Virus record (IMG/VR): IMGVR_UViG_3300033146_003625 | Span: 1 to 54,967 of that record | DNA length: 54,967 bases | DNA from: a virus | Taxonomy: Duplodnaviria; Caudoviricetes | Reading direction: 5' to 3' (one strand) | Shown: piece by piece, positions 19,650 to 29,278 of the stretch | Layout: each line of letters opens with the position of its first letter | Position numbering within the stretch: the stretch's first letter is position 1 | Position numbers and translations under genes: made by a program | Notes under the pieces: model-generated | The model's input: only the letters and a program-made list of their open reading frames with translations | Database searches by the model: none | What the model was told of the DNA's origin: nothing

Positions 19650-20217
19650 TTTTATTTAAATCCTTTTTTATTTTTTTCATTATTGATAATATTTGTTTCC
19701 AGTTATTTGCTTCCCATGTTGACGGCGTTTTTTCATTAAAAGGATAATTCATTTTAAGGGTATGACCTTTTGTTCCAATAAGATGTTTAGGATGATCATC
19801 TATAAGAATAGAATTTTTATGTATAATAGATTTATCGTTAGAAAAGATAACTTTGTTTAAAGGGAAAAATGGAAGATTATTTTCAATCCACTCCCATTTC
19901 ATTTTTAAACAATCTTTATATGGAATCCAAGGAGCTGTTATTATATAGGTATTGAAGCTATCAAATATCCATTCGATAGATGAAGCCGCATTAGGGAAAA
20001 GAGGTAAATCTGTCCAGAATTCAGGAATAGAAAAAATTCTACTTCTGATATCTTCAGCCTCTTTCTCGTTAGAAGGATGAACTGTTTTAGATATCTCATA
20101 TCTAAGCAAATCCTTCTTTTTTAATTTAACATTCTTATTATATAATTTATTATAATAACTTACATATCCTTTAGTAAAGTCATTTGTTGTCGAGTCCAAA
20201 TCTATAAAAATATCCAT
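19627..20217 (-). CDS. 5'(3')-deoxyribonucleotidase (HAD, NT5C-like)
   Basis: IDLDST, K.EW...LPF, LIDD. Confidence 0.85.
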   Translation of the reverse strand: MDIFIDLDSTTNDFTKGYVSYYNKLYNKNVKLKKKDLLRYEISKTVHPSNEKEAEDIRSRIFSIPEFWTDLPLFPNAASSIEWIFDSFNTYIITAPWIPYKDCLKMKWEWIENNLPFFPLNKVIFSNDKSIIHKNSILIDDHPKHLIGTKGHTLKMNYPFNEKTPSTWEANNWKQILSIMKKIKKDLNKNGRITRY

Positions 20218-20246
20218 CTCATCTCCTGTTATAGATAAGTATGCTT

Positions 20247-21146
20247 TTAGTTGGAGTCTTTATTTAAGTATAATTCAACATATACAGGATAATGGTCGCT
20301 AATGTCCTTTGGTCTAACGTTTATAAATTCATAATAATCTTCAAATATATAAACACCATACTCTCCAGTCCAATCTTCTATAACGTTGTCTGTTATTATT
20401 ATTCTATCATATGTGTTATCAGAAACTGCAACTGTCGTATTCACATCATTGGGAATAAGTTGAGAATATTTACTCTTAGGGAATATATTCCCTAATTCCA
20501 CTTCTTTAAAATAGGAACCATCAGCATTGAAATCACCAACCGCTATTACATCAGGATCTGAAAATATTTTTTCTACCTCTTCCATAATTGTGGGCATATA
20601 AGCTATTTCTATTTTAGCGCTTCCTGGAGAAATATGATTATTAATAAGGACAAAATCAAATCTACTAGTCTCAAAGAATACAGCCATTGGATTCCTTTCA
20701 AATATATCATCTGGATCTTCAAACGTCCAAGTTTCTACCGGTGTAAAAATATTTTTGTCATATATATAAAGATATTGTTCTTTAGATGAAGAACGACCTT
20801 CTCTGGGACCTAAAATATAATTAAATCTATTATCAAGCATATTAACTAAAAGAGGTACAGATTCGCCAGAAGCGTCTCTAACTTCTTGAATTGCAATCAT
20901 ATCAAACTGATTTATTATATTTACTAATATATCAACTACTTCTGGCTTATTCATTTTAGAACGGCCAAATACTTGTATATTAAAAGATAAAAGACGGAAA
21001 GTATCTTCAACTGGCATAACTTGTTCAGTAGTAAACTCTGTCGAATATACTTCTACTTTTGGTTTAGACATAATATTATACGTAAATAATATTAATGCAA
21101 TTAATGTTGCTATTATAACATCTCTTATTACTGCTTTTTTACTCAT
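20247..21146 (-). CDS. DNase I-like EEP nuclease with N-terminal membrane anchor
   Basis: SFNIQVFG, IQEVRD, EQYLYIY, GDFNAD, YDRII, ISDHYPV; hydrophobic N-terminus. Confidence 0.88.
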   Translation of the reverse strand: MSKKAVIRDVIIATLIALILFTYNIMSKPKVEVYSTEFTTEQVMPVEDTFRLLSFNIQVFGRSKMNKPEVVDILVNIINQFDMIAIQEVRDASGESVPLLVNMLDNRFNYILGPREGRSSSKEQYLYIYDKNIFTPVETWTFEDPDDIFERNPMAVFFETSRFDFVLINNHISPGSAKIEIAYMPTIMEEVEKIFSDPDVIAVGDFNADGSYFKEVELGNIFPKSKYSQLIPNDVNTTVAVSDNTYDRIIITDNVIEDWTGEYGVYIFEDYYEFINVRPKDISDHYPVYVELYLNKDSN

Positions 21147-21157
21147 TATTAACCTTC

Positions 21158-22159
21158 TTATAATTTATTAAATAATAAATATGTTGAATACCAACTTCTT
21201 ACGGTTTTATTATCAACAGGATCTATTCTTGTCATTTTATATGGATTAGCAAAAAGTATTTTTTTCTTCTTCTTCCATGTATTCCAATCATCAAATATAA
21301 CTTTATTACTTGCATCTTTAAAATGTTCATATTTTTTATACTCTTTTATGATTTGTGTAGGAGTATATTCATTTAATGCTTTATCACCGCCAATTTCTTC
21401 AATTAAGATGTCAAATACTTCACAACTTTCATCATATGATTTTACTTCTGTATGTGTATGTGGACCAGATGAATAACCGTAAGTTCCTGCACTTCCAAGA
21501 ATCCATCCTTGATTAAATGAACCTTTATTTTTTAACCGCTCAAAAGACCACGGAAATATATCTTTATTAGGGTTCATGTGTGCTATTCTAAATTCAAATT
21601 GGTATTCATCATTCCATAAAGATGTTAAAGTACCGTAGGAGTAATCACCGTAATTTATTATAGATGAACGATTAAAATTGAATGGTGATATAACAACGTC
21701 GTTTATTATCGTACCATTTTTCATAGTATACGGTTTAGCTCTCGATCTATCAACACCAAAATGTGGTCGGACGTAACCCCACCGCATATCTCTTTTACTT
21801 TTTGCGTCTTTAGCTGTCCACAAACGATTAGTACCTTTAACATAATAACGGTAACCTTCTGATATACCAAAAGCACCTGTTAAATTTGCTTTGGGTCTAA
21901 AGGGGACGCTATTAAATTTAAGATTTCCTTCATCGTATTCTTTAATAAATTTTTCGTATAGTTTTTGATCTGGTATTTTAATTTTTGGTATGAATAATTC
22001 AACTGGAGGAAATTGATTTACTTGTTCAGGTACAACTATTGGTTTTTCAACTACTACTGTTTTTATATTCTTTTTCTTTAACAATTTAATAATAATATAA
22101 ATTGAAAATAAAATAGCAAAGGCTATTCCGCCTGTTAATAAGATTACTAATATATCCAT
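21158..22159 (-). CDS. M23-like metallopeptidase with N-terminal TM, candidate peptidoglycan hydrolase
   Basis: HFGVD (HxxxD), IAHM, GYSSGPHTH (HxH). Confidence 0.72.
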   Translation of the reverse strand: MDILVILLTGGIAFAILFSIYIIIKLLKKKNIKTVVVEKPIVVPEQVNQFPPVELFIPKIKIPDQKLYEKFIKEYDEGNLKFNSVPFRPKANLTGAFGISEGYRYYVKGTNRLWTAKDAKSKRDMRWGYVRPHFGVDRSRAKPYTMKNGTIINDVVISPFNFNRSSIINYGDYSYGTLTSLWNDEYQFEFRIAHMNPNKDIFPWSFERLKNKGSFNQGWILGSAGTYGYSSGPHTHTEVKSYDESCEVFDILIEEIGGDKALNEYTPTQIIKEYKKYEHFKDASNKVIFDDWNTWKKKKKILFANPYKMTRIDPVDNKTVRSWYSTYLLFNKL

Positions 22160-22208
22160 TCTTTCCTCCTTGTTTAATAATATCTTTCAAAGAGGAAAGA
22201 TACTGATA

Positions 22209-22421
22209 CTATTTTCTATCAAACTTCTTAACATTTTTAAGTTGTTTAATGACTTGTTTACGACGAGCTGCCTTTATTTTCTCCCTTTTCTTTTTGGAAG
22301 GTTTGACAAAATACTGTCTTTCTCTATACTCTTTAAGTATTTTTTCATCATCAACTTTTCTACTAAATCTTTTAACTGCTGCTTCAAGATTTTCGTTCTC
22401 ACGTAATATTATGTGAGCCAT
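22209..22421 (-). CDS. rpsU: Phage-encoded ribosomal protein bS21
   Basis: ENENLEAAVKRFSRKV...ILKEYRERQYFVKPS..KR...AARRK. Confidence 0.92.
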   Translation of the reverse strand: MAHIILRENENLEAAVKRFSRKVDDEKILKEYRERQYFVKPSKKKREKIKAARRKQVIKQLKNVKKFDRK

Positions 22422-22898
22422 TTAATTCTCCTCTTCTATAATGAATTTTTTTAATTCTTCTGCAAGTTCTTCGACAGATGTAAAAACATCTAAACTATAA
22501 CCTGCAAGTTTTGATTGTGTTAGCACATCTTGTGTTCTCTCGTATCCAGGATCAATACCAATTAAAATTGGTTTCTCTCCAACATATCTGCCCAACTCAT
22601 ATAATACTATGGGGTTTGGGCTTCCTTTAGAAAACCAAAAAACAATTATATCAGCTTCTTCAAGATGTCTGTATTCCCATGCTATTTGTACTTCTGTCTC
22701 GTACGGGTTATCTACGTTAAAATACTTTCTACGAGGGTTGTAAAGAGTTAAATATTCATAATCATCGAATTTTTGAATAAACTCTTGCTGCCAGTCTGGA
22801 CAATTTGTTATACCACCAGCAACAAATACTTTTAAATTTTCCGTCTCATGCCCTACTGAATAAATTTCGTTAGGAGCTACTACTACTGTTGCCATCAC
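22422..22898 (-). CDS. Nucleoside 2-deoxyribosyltransferase-like protein
   Basis: VFVAGGITNCPDWQ, YNPRR, QIAWE, FWF, LYELG. Confidence 0.82.
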   Translation of the reverse strand: MMATVVVAPNEIYSVGHETENLKVFVAGGITNCPDWQQEFIQKFDDYEYLTLYNPRRKYFNVDNPYETEVQIAWEYRHLEEADIIVFWFSKGSPNPIVLYELGRYVGEKPILIGIDPGYERTQDVLTQSKLAGYSLDVFTSVEELAEELKKFIIEEEN

Positions 22899-22904
22899 TA
22901 CTCC

Positions 22905-23069
22905 TCAATATTTTTTTACATCTTTATAAACGAGAAAATTATCTGTGCTTAAGCCCTCTCTGGCTGCACGTCTTTCTAAAATCTTAATTGTTGATTTAAT
23001 TTTTTTATCATTTGAATCAAATGGAGGATAATTTTCATGAAAGGTTTTGATTCTCTCTTTATAATTCAT
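22905..23069 (-). CDS. Hypothetical protein (54 aa, not in the ORF track)
   Basis: MNYKERIKTFHENYPPF...; ATGA-coupled to def and fills the gap. Confidence 0.55.
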   Translation of the reverse strand: MNYKERIKTFHENYPPFDSNDKKIKSTIKILERRAAREGLSTDNFLVYKDVKKY

Positions 23070-23728
23070 CTTGAAAAGATAGTTCTAGGCTTATTTGTTC
23101 CACCAGAAAATGCTGCGCAATGATCACATTCGTGCTGAAGAATAATAGAATTTAATCCATTCATATTTTTCTTGTATTTAGTCCATTTTCCTTTATTATC
23201 GAATGCCCACCAGTGGAGTGTTATATTCTTCCATCTTTTAACATCTTTAAATTCACCAGGATAAGTTAAACATCCTTCTTTAAATTTAACACGTGTAGAA
23301 CCATTCATAAAATATTTAGGATTAAAATAAACTTTATAATTGTTGGTTTCGTCCTTCATATCCCGAGCAATAAAGTATTTTTTAGGTATACCAAGCTGCG
23401 ATGCTGAAAGACCTAAACCTTCTTTAATTTCTGCAAATGCCGCTAAATCATCGAAGTCCTCTTCCATAAAGATACGAGCTTCGGCCTCTGTTATATCTGA
23501 AACCTCGATATTTTCAGCAATCTCTGCATCCACTATTGTAAACTTATCTTCCAAGCGTTCAACTTCTGCGGTCATTTCTTCTTGTAATTTTTTCACATCT
23601 TCGTCAGACACTTGATCTTTTAATTCACCTAATGCAGCTTCCGCTACAATAGTTTCTACTGAGCCATCTGGCTTTATATTAAAACTATTTACCTGAATAT
23701 CATCTGTTGAGGCCAATTTTTCTTCCAT
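23066..23728 (-). CDS. def: Peptide deformylase with acidic N-terminal extension
   Basis: GLGLSASQLG, EGCLTYP, QHECDH. Confidence 0.88.
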   Translation of the reverse strand: MEEKLASTDDIQVNSFNIKPDGSVETIVAEAALGELKDQVSDEDVKKLQEEMTAEVERLEDKFTIVDAEIAENIEVSDITEAEARIFMEEDFDDLAAFAEIKEGLGLSASQLGIPKKYFIARDMKDETNNYKVYFNPKYFMNGSTRVKFKEGCLTYPGEFKDVKRWKNITLHWWAFDNKGKWTKYKKNMNGLNSIILQHECDHCAAFSGGTNKPRTIFSR

Positions 23729-23740
23729 ATTTACTCCTGC

Positions 23741-23772
23741 TATAAACTATGCTTATAAACTATGCTTATAAA
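23741..23772 (-). promoter_or_regulatory. Tandemly duplicated AAGCATA motif (13-bp unit)
   Basis: tataaactatgct x2 plus tataaa upstream of def. Confidence 0.6.
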
Positions 23773-23774
23773 TG

Positions 23775-23886
23775 AAAAGCTGCGAGAAATTATCCATTAT
23801 TAATATAATTGAACGATCCACTTAACTCAGTTTCCACTGAAAAGTTGGAATCACATTACTTGACATTTGGAAACCCTCGCAGCTAA
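23775..23886 (-). ncRNA. Candidate rod-shaped structured RNA (~110 nt)
   Basis: Nested stems AGCUGCGAGG/UCUCGCAGCU, UCCA/UGGA, GAU(U)CCA/UGGAUC, apical UCAGU-GGAA-ACUGA; followed by UUUU. Confidence 0.5.
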
Positions 23887-23889
23887 TAG

Positions 23890-25200
23890 TTATAATTTTA
23901 TAGTCTCTGTTGTAGTTTTTGAGACTTTAGTGATTTTAACATCACCTCCTTTTTTTGTAGTTTTCTTAGCTTTTGATTTAGGTGTTGAAGCTTTTGCTTC
24001 TATTTTAGATTCTTTAACTAATTCCACTTTTACATCTTCAACTAATTCATCTTGTTCACCATCTGAGAGCAAATCTCTTTGATAGATGGACGATAAGAGG
24101 TTAGCAACAGCGTCTTTAAACCAAGGGTAATCTTTACAGAAATCTTTAATCTGCTTCTCTCTAAATTTACCAGTCTTAGCCAAACCTTCAGTTTTCATTT
24201 TCTCAAAAAGAGCCATAGTGTCTGGGTTGTCCCAAGGTTTCATCATCCAGTAACCAGATGATTTTTTAGGTATTTTCTTTTCTGCAATTTGCGTATCTAT
24301 ATCTGCAGACCCTGGAATCATAAATTCATAATCTTTTAAAATGTCACCGAGACCTGCATATTCATCTAAACCGGTAGCCATAGAGAGGTCAAATTTAACT
24401 CTCTTACCGTGCGTACCAAATCTTGATTTCTTAATCTCAGCACGAATTTTAGCCATTGATGTACCGAGGGCATTTTGCTCCATTTCTGAATCTGCATTAA
24501 CTTTGCTAAATCGAACTTCAATCGAGGGCATATAACCCATAATAGTTCCACCTGCTACAGTTTGTGAAGGACCATATCCACCAATAGTTTGTGTGAGGTG
24601 AGCGGTCATAACAACAGCAATATTCAACTTCTGCATCTTCCTAGCATAAGTACGAAAGAATTGTCTAGTCAATTTAGCTTTCGCACCCATATCTGCGCCA
24701 CCAGAAGGATCTTTCTCCTTCTCTGTAGATACCATAGATATTGAATCTATAACCATTAGTACATTTTTACTTGATTTGTTCTTCTCAATTATATCGATAA
24801 CTTTTTGCATTCTTTTAATTAAATCTTCTACAGTCTCAACAGGAGTATAAAGAATTTTACTTGTATCAATACCTAGGAAGTCTGCGAAGTCTGTTGTAAC
24901 ACCACCACCTTCAGAATCCATATATACGATAAGGTCTATCGACGGATCTCTCATCATAGAAAGAGCAATCATACTCTTACCAGCACCAGGATCACCAGTG
25001 AAGAGAATAACTCTCCCCATAGGAAGACCTTTATACATGTCTTTAGATATAATCCAATTGAGAGCGTAGTTACCAGTTGTTATCCAACCAGGAACATCAG
25101 CCATTGAAGATTCATTCATTTGCTCAAGAGGAGCATCTGGAAATTCTTTACTAAATTGAGAAATTAAATCCTTCCTCAGTTTATCAATATTATCTGCCAT
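23890..25200 (-). CDS. uvsX: RecA/UvsX recombinase with Lys-rich C-terminal tail
   Basis: GLPMGR, GDPGAGKS, DSEGG, VIDSI, AGG, KSRF. Confidence 0.92.
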   Translation of the reverse strand: MADNIDKLRKDLISQFSKEFPDAPLEQMNESSMADVPGWITTGNYALNWIISKDMYKGLPMGRVILFTGDPGAGKSMIALSMMRDPSIDLIVYMDSEGGGVTTDFADFLGIDTSKILYTPVETVEDLIKRMQKVIDIIEKNKSSKNVLMVIDSISMVSTEKEKDPSGGADMGAKAKLTRQFFRTYARKMQKLNIAVVMTAHLTQTIGGYGPSQTVAGGTIMGYMPSIEVRFSKVNADSEMEQNALGTSMAKIRAEIKKSRFGTHGKRVKFDLSMATGLDEYAGLGDILKDYEFMIPGSADIDTQIAEKKIPKKSSGYWMMKPWDNPDTMALFEKMKTEGLAKTGKFREKQIKDFCKDYPWFKDAVANLLSSIYQRDLLSDGEQDELVEDVKVELVKESKIEAKASTPKSKAKKTTKKGGDVKITKVSKTTTETIKL

Positions 25201-25366
25201 GTCTTTTTCCTTACTTTTTAAATGTTTTTTTCTATATACTTAATTATGCTTTTGCTCTACTCATCTTATATTCTTTTTCGCATTTTATAAGGAGTAGAGC
25301 AGTTTTTAAATATTTTATATTAAAAGATTTGATATAACGTTTTACGTAATATAAAATGTCCATGTT

Positions 25367-25648
25367 TTATTTTACCGTTTTATCTTTTACAATTTTAATA
25401 GAAACGTCATCTTTACCACTGCGTGTGGCAACAACTATAACTTTAACACCTTCCGGGAAGGCACCTTCTAATACTGATTTAAGTTGTGCAAGTGCTTGAC
25501 CTGCAAGATGCGCTTTATCTTCTGGTAGGTCTCCAACTTCATATTTAGCCAAAACGACATCACCTTCGCCAAGACCTTTAGTCTTGATTGAACTAATAGA
25601 TACTTCGTGATCAGTACCGTCATCTGTTTGAAACATAAGTTTCGCCAT
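25367..25648 (-). CDS. Hypothetical protein
   Basis: Likely start MAKLMF after AAGGAG SD. Confidence 0.65.
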   Translation of the reverse strand: MAKLMFQTDDGTDHEVSISSIKTKGLGEGDVVLAKYEVGDLPEDKAHLAGQALAQLKSVLEGAFPEGVKVIVVATRSGKDDVSIKIVKDKTVK

Positions 25649-25658
25649 ATTAACTCCT

Positions 25659-25958
25659 TTACTTTCTATAATTGTCGTCAATAAGAATGAGACGTGTTAA
25701 CCATTCTTCATATGGAAAATCAATTTCATCTTTATTTTCATCAAAGTCTGCAAACAATTCCAGTTCCTTCAACATTTTATCGAAGACTTTCATATTTATA
25801 TCCATTGATGTGATTTGCTCATAAAGGTCTTGATTAAATAAACCTTCATTCTCAAATTTCGAGACAAACTCCATTACCAATGAGTGGAGTTTGTCCATAT
25901 CTATATTAGATTTTTGAGAATTAATGTGTGGTGTATTTATACTAACCTTTATATCCAT
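25659..25958 (-). CDS. Hypothetical protein
   Basis: 99-aa ORF in the operon. Confidence 0.6.
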   Translation of the reverse strand: MDIKVSINTPHINSQKSNIDMDKLHSLVMEFVSKFENEGLFNQDLYEQITSMDINMKVFDKMLKELELFADFDENKDEIDFPYEEWLTRLILIDDNYRK

Positions 25959-25959
25959 T

Positions 25960-26268
25960 TTATTTTGTTGTTATTTCCTGTTCAATAAGAACTAAAAGCT
26001 GTTCTTTAATAGAAACTAATTGATTTCTATTAGATTGAACGCCATTAACAACTGGTCTAATTACAGAGATAACTGCATTACCGGTTATAGTAAGAGCAAG
26101 AGGATCTTCTGATGTATCTGCAAGATTTATAATTTTAATATTTTTATCTTTTAAGATTTCATCACAAGCAACTTCAGTAGCTTTTAAACTTTCAAGTTGC
26201 AAATTAACTTGTGCAAGCTTCTCCTTGTTGGTTAATTCTTTCTCTACTACTTTTTCTTCATCTGCCAT
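25960..26268 (-). CDS. Hypothetical coiled-coil protein
   Basis: AAGGAG SD; AAGCATA at 26317. Confidence 0.65.
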   Translation of the reverse strand: MADEEKVVEKELTNKEKLAQVNLQLESLKATEVACDEILKDKNIKIINLADTSEDPLALTITGNAVISVIRPVVNGVQSNRNQLVSIKEQLLVLIEQEITTK

Positions 26269-26328
26269 TTTTAACTCCTTTGTTTAATGAAGGACTATAC
26301 CTTTCATATATTTAAATATGCTTTTTTA

Positions 26329-26610
26329 TCAACCGATACCTACATTATTTGGTCCTAAAGTTGATTTTATTTTATTTACTTTATCTGTAGCTTTTTTTAT
26401 TTCAATCTGTGCTCTACCTAAGTTTGAAGTGTCTGAAGCTGCTTTCATCAAAGCTTTCTTTTTTATAGGATTTTGCTCTTGACTCGCATTCGTTTTTATA
26501 TTACTTGCTACTTTTTGTATTTCTTTACTTGAATCTATACCTACACCTGTTAAGTTATCAAGTATAGTAGAAGCAAGATCACTTTCTTTTAATACTTTTT
26601 TAAATTTCAT
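26329..26610 (-). CDS. Hypothetical protein, possibly a virion internal protein
   Basis: GGGAG SD; N-terminus MKFKKVLKES. Confidence 0.6.
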   Translation of the reverse strand: MKFKKVLKESDLASTILDNLTGVGIDSSKEIQKVASNIKTNASQEQNPIKKKALMKAASDTSNLGRAQIEIKKATDKVNKIKSTLGPNNVGIG

Positions 26611-26619
26611 TGTGTCTCC

Positions 26620-27243
26620 CTACATCCAGTCATCGTCTGGATTATAATCTGAATCGTTATATGGATCAAACTCTGGATCTTCAAACGGATCAAAGTTATC
26701 TTGTGACTCTTCAGGTATAATTTCAGGTTCTTCTGGAATTATTTCTGGAGTAACAACTATACTATTATCAATATCAGGTTCTATAACAGGTTCTGGTTCT
26801 ATAACAAGTTCTGGTTTTATAACAGGTTCTATAACAGGTTCTGGTTCTATAACAAGTTCTGGTTTTATAACAGGTTCTGGTTCTACAATAGGCTCAGGTT
26901 CTACTACAGGTTCTGGTTTTATTACAGGTTCTGGTTCTACTACAGGTTCTGGTTCTACTACAGGTTCTGGTTTTATTACAGGTTCTGGTTTTATTACAGG
27001 TTCTGGTTCTATAACAGGCTCTGGTTCAATTACAGGTTTTTCAAATACATGAGCTGCTGTTTTAAGTGGCTGACTTAAATTTACTAAAGCAATGGATTCT
27101 TTAAGAGGGAATACTCGTTTTCCAACCTGCATAGTAACTATTCCACCAGATACACTAATAACTTTAACTTCATTCTTTTTAATACTAAAAGCATCTTTTA
27201 ATTTATCTGATATTTTATACATTTTTCCGATATCAAGTTTCAT
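26620..27243 (-). CDS. Protein with Pro/Glu-rich extended linker and acidic tail
   Basis: (E/K)PEPV(I/V) hexapeptide repeats. Confidence 0.75.
   Translation of the reverse strand: MKLDIGKMYKISDKLKDAFSIKKNEVKVISVSGGIVTMQVGKRVFPLKESIALVNLSQPLKTAAHVFEKPVIEPEPVIEPEPVIKPEPVIKPEPVVEPEPVVEPEPVIKPEPVVEPEPIVEPEPVIKPELVIEPEPVIEPVIKPELVIEPEPVIEPDIDNSIVVTPEIIPEEPEIIPEESQDNFDPFEDPEFDPYNDSDYNPDDDWM
26772..27040 (-). repeat. 18-bp coding tandem repeat
   Basis: acaggttctggttct/ttt units. Confidence 0.9.
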
Positions 27244-27279
27244 AATTCACATCCTATTACATATTATATAAAATTATCT

Positions 27280-29247
27280 TTACATATCATTTTGTTTTAT
27301 GTAAGAAAATCCGTCTTCTTCTTTAATAATAACAATATTTGTAAATGAAGGATAATCTTTAAAATTGTCTTTATGGTCAATTACATAGACAGATGAGTTA
27401 TCATTATCTCTCATATCTTGTAATATTTCTAATACTGATGATATACCCTTATCATCTAAATAATTACTCAAAATCTCATCAAGAAACATAACATTCATTT
27501 TAGAAGATATATTACTTTTAACTAAATCATTTAATGCAAAAAGTATAGCAAGATTTAATCTTCTTTTTTCTCCACCTGAAAATTGATCGTAAGAACGCTC
27601 ATTACCATTAGTTGATATAAGCTCATTTAAATCATTATCTAACTCCAGTTGAACCGAGCCCTCAAAGAAACGGTCTATATAATATTTAATTTTACTATTA
27701 AAGTAACCTATAACATTATTTATACACCATGATTTCATACTATTCTTCTTAGATGAAAGAGAATCTTCCCACCATTTCATTATCATAAACTTATGTTTTA
27801 ACTTCTTTAAATCAGTACCGTGGTTTTTCTTTTCATTAGCATAATCTTTAGCTTGTTGCATGAGGGAATTTAAATACTTTTTATCAAGAAATTCTTTATT
27901 CTCTTTATCACGTATCTTCTGCTCTAACTCCTTAATTTTCTCGTCCAATTTATTTAACTCATCTTCATCCATAGTTTCAGGAATTTCCATGTTGCCGTAT
28001 TCTTTTTTAATTTTATCTGCAATTTTCTCTTGCTTTTTATATTTTTTATTTAATTCTTTTATACTTTCTTTCAATTCGTCTTTCTTGGTAGTCCAGTTGA
28101 TGATATTTTCATTATTATCATCCTTCTGTTTATTTGTAGAAATAATAGTTTCTTCAATTTTATTAATAAGCTCCATCTTTGCATTTATCCAAATTTTTAA
28201 ATCATTTGATTCAATATTGTTTGAACATATAGGACATAAATCTGGATTATCGTGTACATGCTGTAATTCGTCTTGTGCTATTTTTAACTCATCTGCATCT
28301 TTTTTAGCATCTAATCTTTTCTTAGTTTTATTAGCAGTTTTTAATAAACCATCATATTCGCTTTGAGTTGATTTTATAGTCTCTCTTTCATTGTCTATAA
28401 GTTTCAATTTATCAGCTTCGTGCTGATAATCAATCATTAAAGACTCTTGTTCCTTAGCTAAATCTTCGGCTTTTTTAATCTTTGCTCTCTCAGCATCTAT
28501 ATCAGTTGTATTAATTTTTTCTAATTTCAACTTTAACTGTTCAACTATTATTTTATTATCAGTTTTCTTCTTTTTACAAGAATCTACATATTCCTTCATA
28601 GCAAGTTTAGTATTTTCAATTAATGCATCTGCACCTTCAGTTTTAACTTTCATATCATCATAAGAATGTTTATAAATTTTCCTCTTCTGTTGCGCAATCC
28701 AGTGATATTTAGTTAGTACATTTAATTGAAGAATGTTTTCTATAATCTCCTTCTTCTTAGAAGATTCAGCTTGAAGAAAACCAGATATTTGTTCTTGAGT
28801 CATCATAATTGCATTAATAAACGATTTATAATTAAATTTAATAATTTCATTTATTTGCATTTGAGTTTCGCCTTTATTAGCTTGAGATATTAAACTATCT
28901 TCCTCTTTATCATTTTTAAATAGGTGAAGTTTATCATAATGTCCTTTCTGTTTCTTCCATCTTTCAATTATATAGTTTTTACCATCAACTTCAAATTCCA
29001 ATTCAACCATACAATCTCGACCAATTTGTTCATTTATTATTTGAGGAATATTAACCTTTTTAGTTACCTGCCCAAAAAGTGCAAAACAAATTGCTTCTGT
29101 CAATGAGCTTTTACCTGCTCCATTGCTCCCCGCGCTAATTTTATTTTCACCAGTTATAAGATAGAGACCTGCTTGCGACAAATCTAATGTTTGTGGTTTT
29201 GGTCCAAAAGAAAAGAAATTTTGTATTGTTATTTTTTTAAATATCAT
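27280..29247 (-). CDS. Rad50/SbcC-like ATPase (T4 gp46-like)
   Basis: NFFSFG, GSNGAGKSS, CPIC zinc hook, FSGGE, FLDE, IDH. Confidence 0.93.
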   Translation of the reverse strand: MIFKKITIQNFFSFGPKPQTLDLSQAGLYLITGENKISAGSNGAGKSSLTEAICFALFGQVTKKVNIPQIINEQIGRDCMVELEFEVDGKNYIIERWKKQKGHYDKLHLFKNDKEEDSLISQANKGETQMQINEIIKFNYKSFINAIMMTQEQISGFLQAESSKKKEIIENILQLNVLTKYHWIAQQKRKIYKHSYDDMKVKTEGADALIENTKLAMKEYVDSCKKKKTDNKIIVEQLKLKLEKINTTDIDAERAKIKKAEDLAKEQESLMIDYQHEADKLKLIDNERETIKSTQSEYDGLLKTANKTKKRLDAKKDADELKIAQDELQHVHDNPDLCPICSNNIESNDLKIWINAKMELINKIEETIISTNKQKDDNNENIINWTTKKDELKESIKELNKKYKKQEKIADKIKKEYGNMEIPETMDEDELNKLDEKIKELEQKIRDKENKEFLDKKYLNSLMQQAKDYANEKKNHGTDLKKLKHKFMIMKWWEDSLSSKKNSMKSWCINNVIGYFNSKIKYYIDRFFEGSVQLELDNDLNELISTNGNERSYDQFSGGEKRRLNLAILFALNDLVKSNISSKMNVMFLDEILSNYLDDKGISSVLEILQDMRDNDNSSVYVIDHKDNFKDYPSFTNIVIIKEEDGFSYIKQNDM

Positions 29248-29278
29248 CTAGTATATGACTCCATTTATCTATTAATTT

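Noticed and set aside
23775-23886. SRP (4.5S) RNA or tRNA
   Set aside because: Lacks the conserved CAGG/AGCAG loop and a cloverleaf; kept only as an unknown ncRNA candidate
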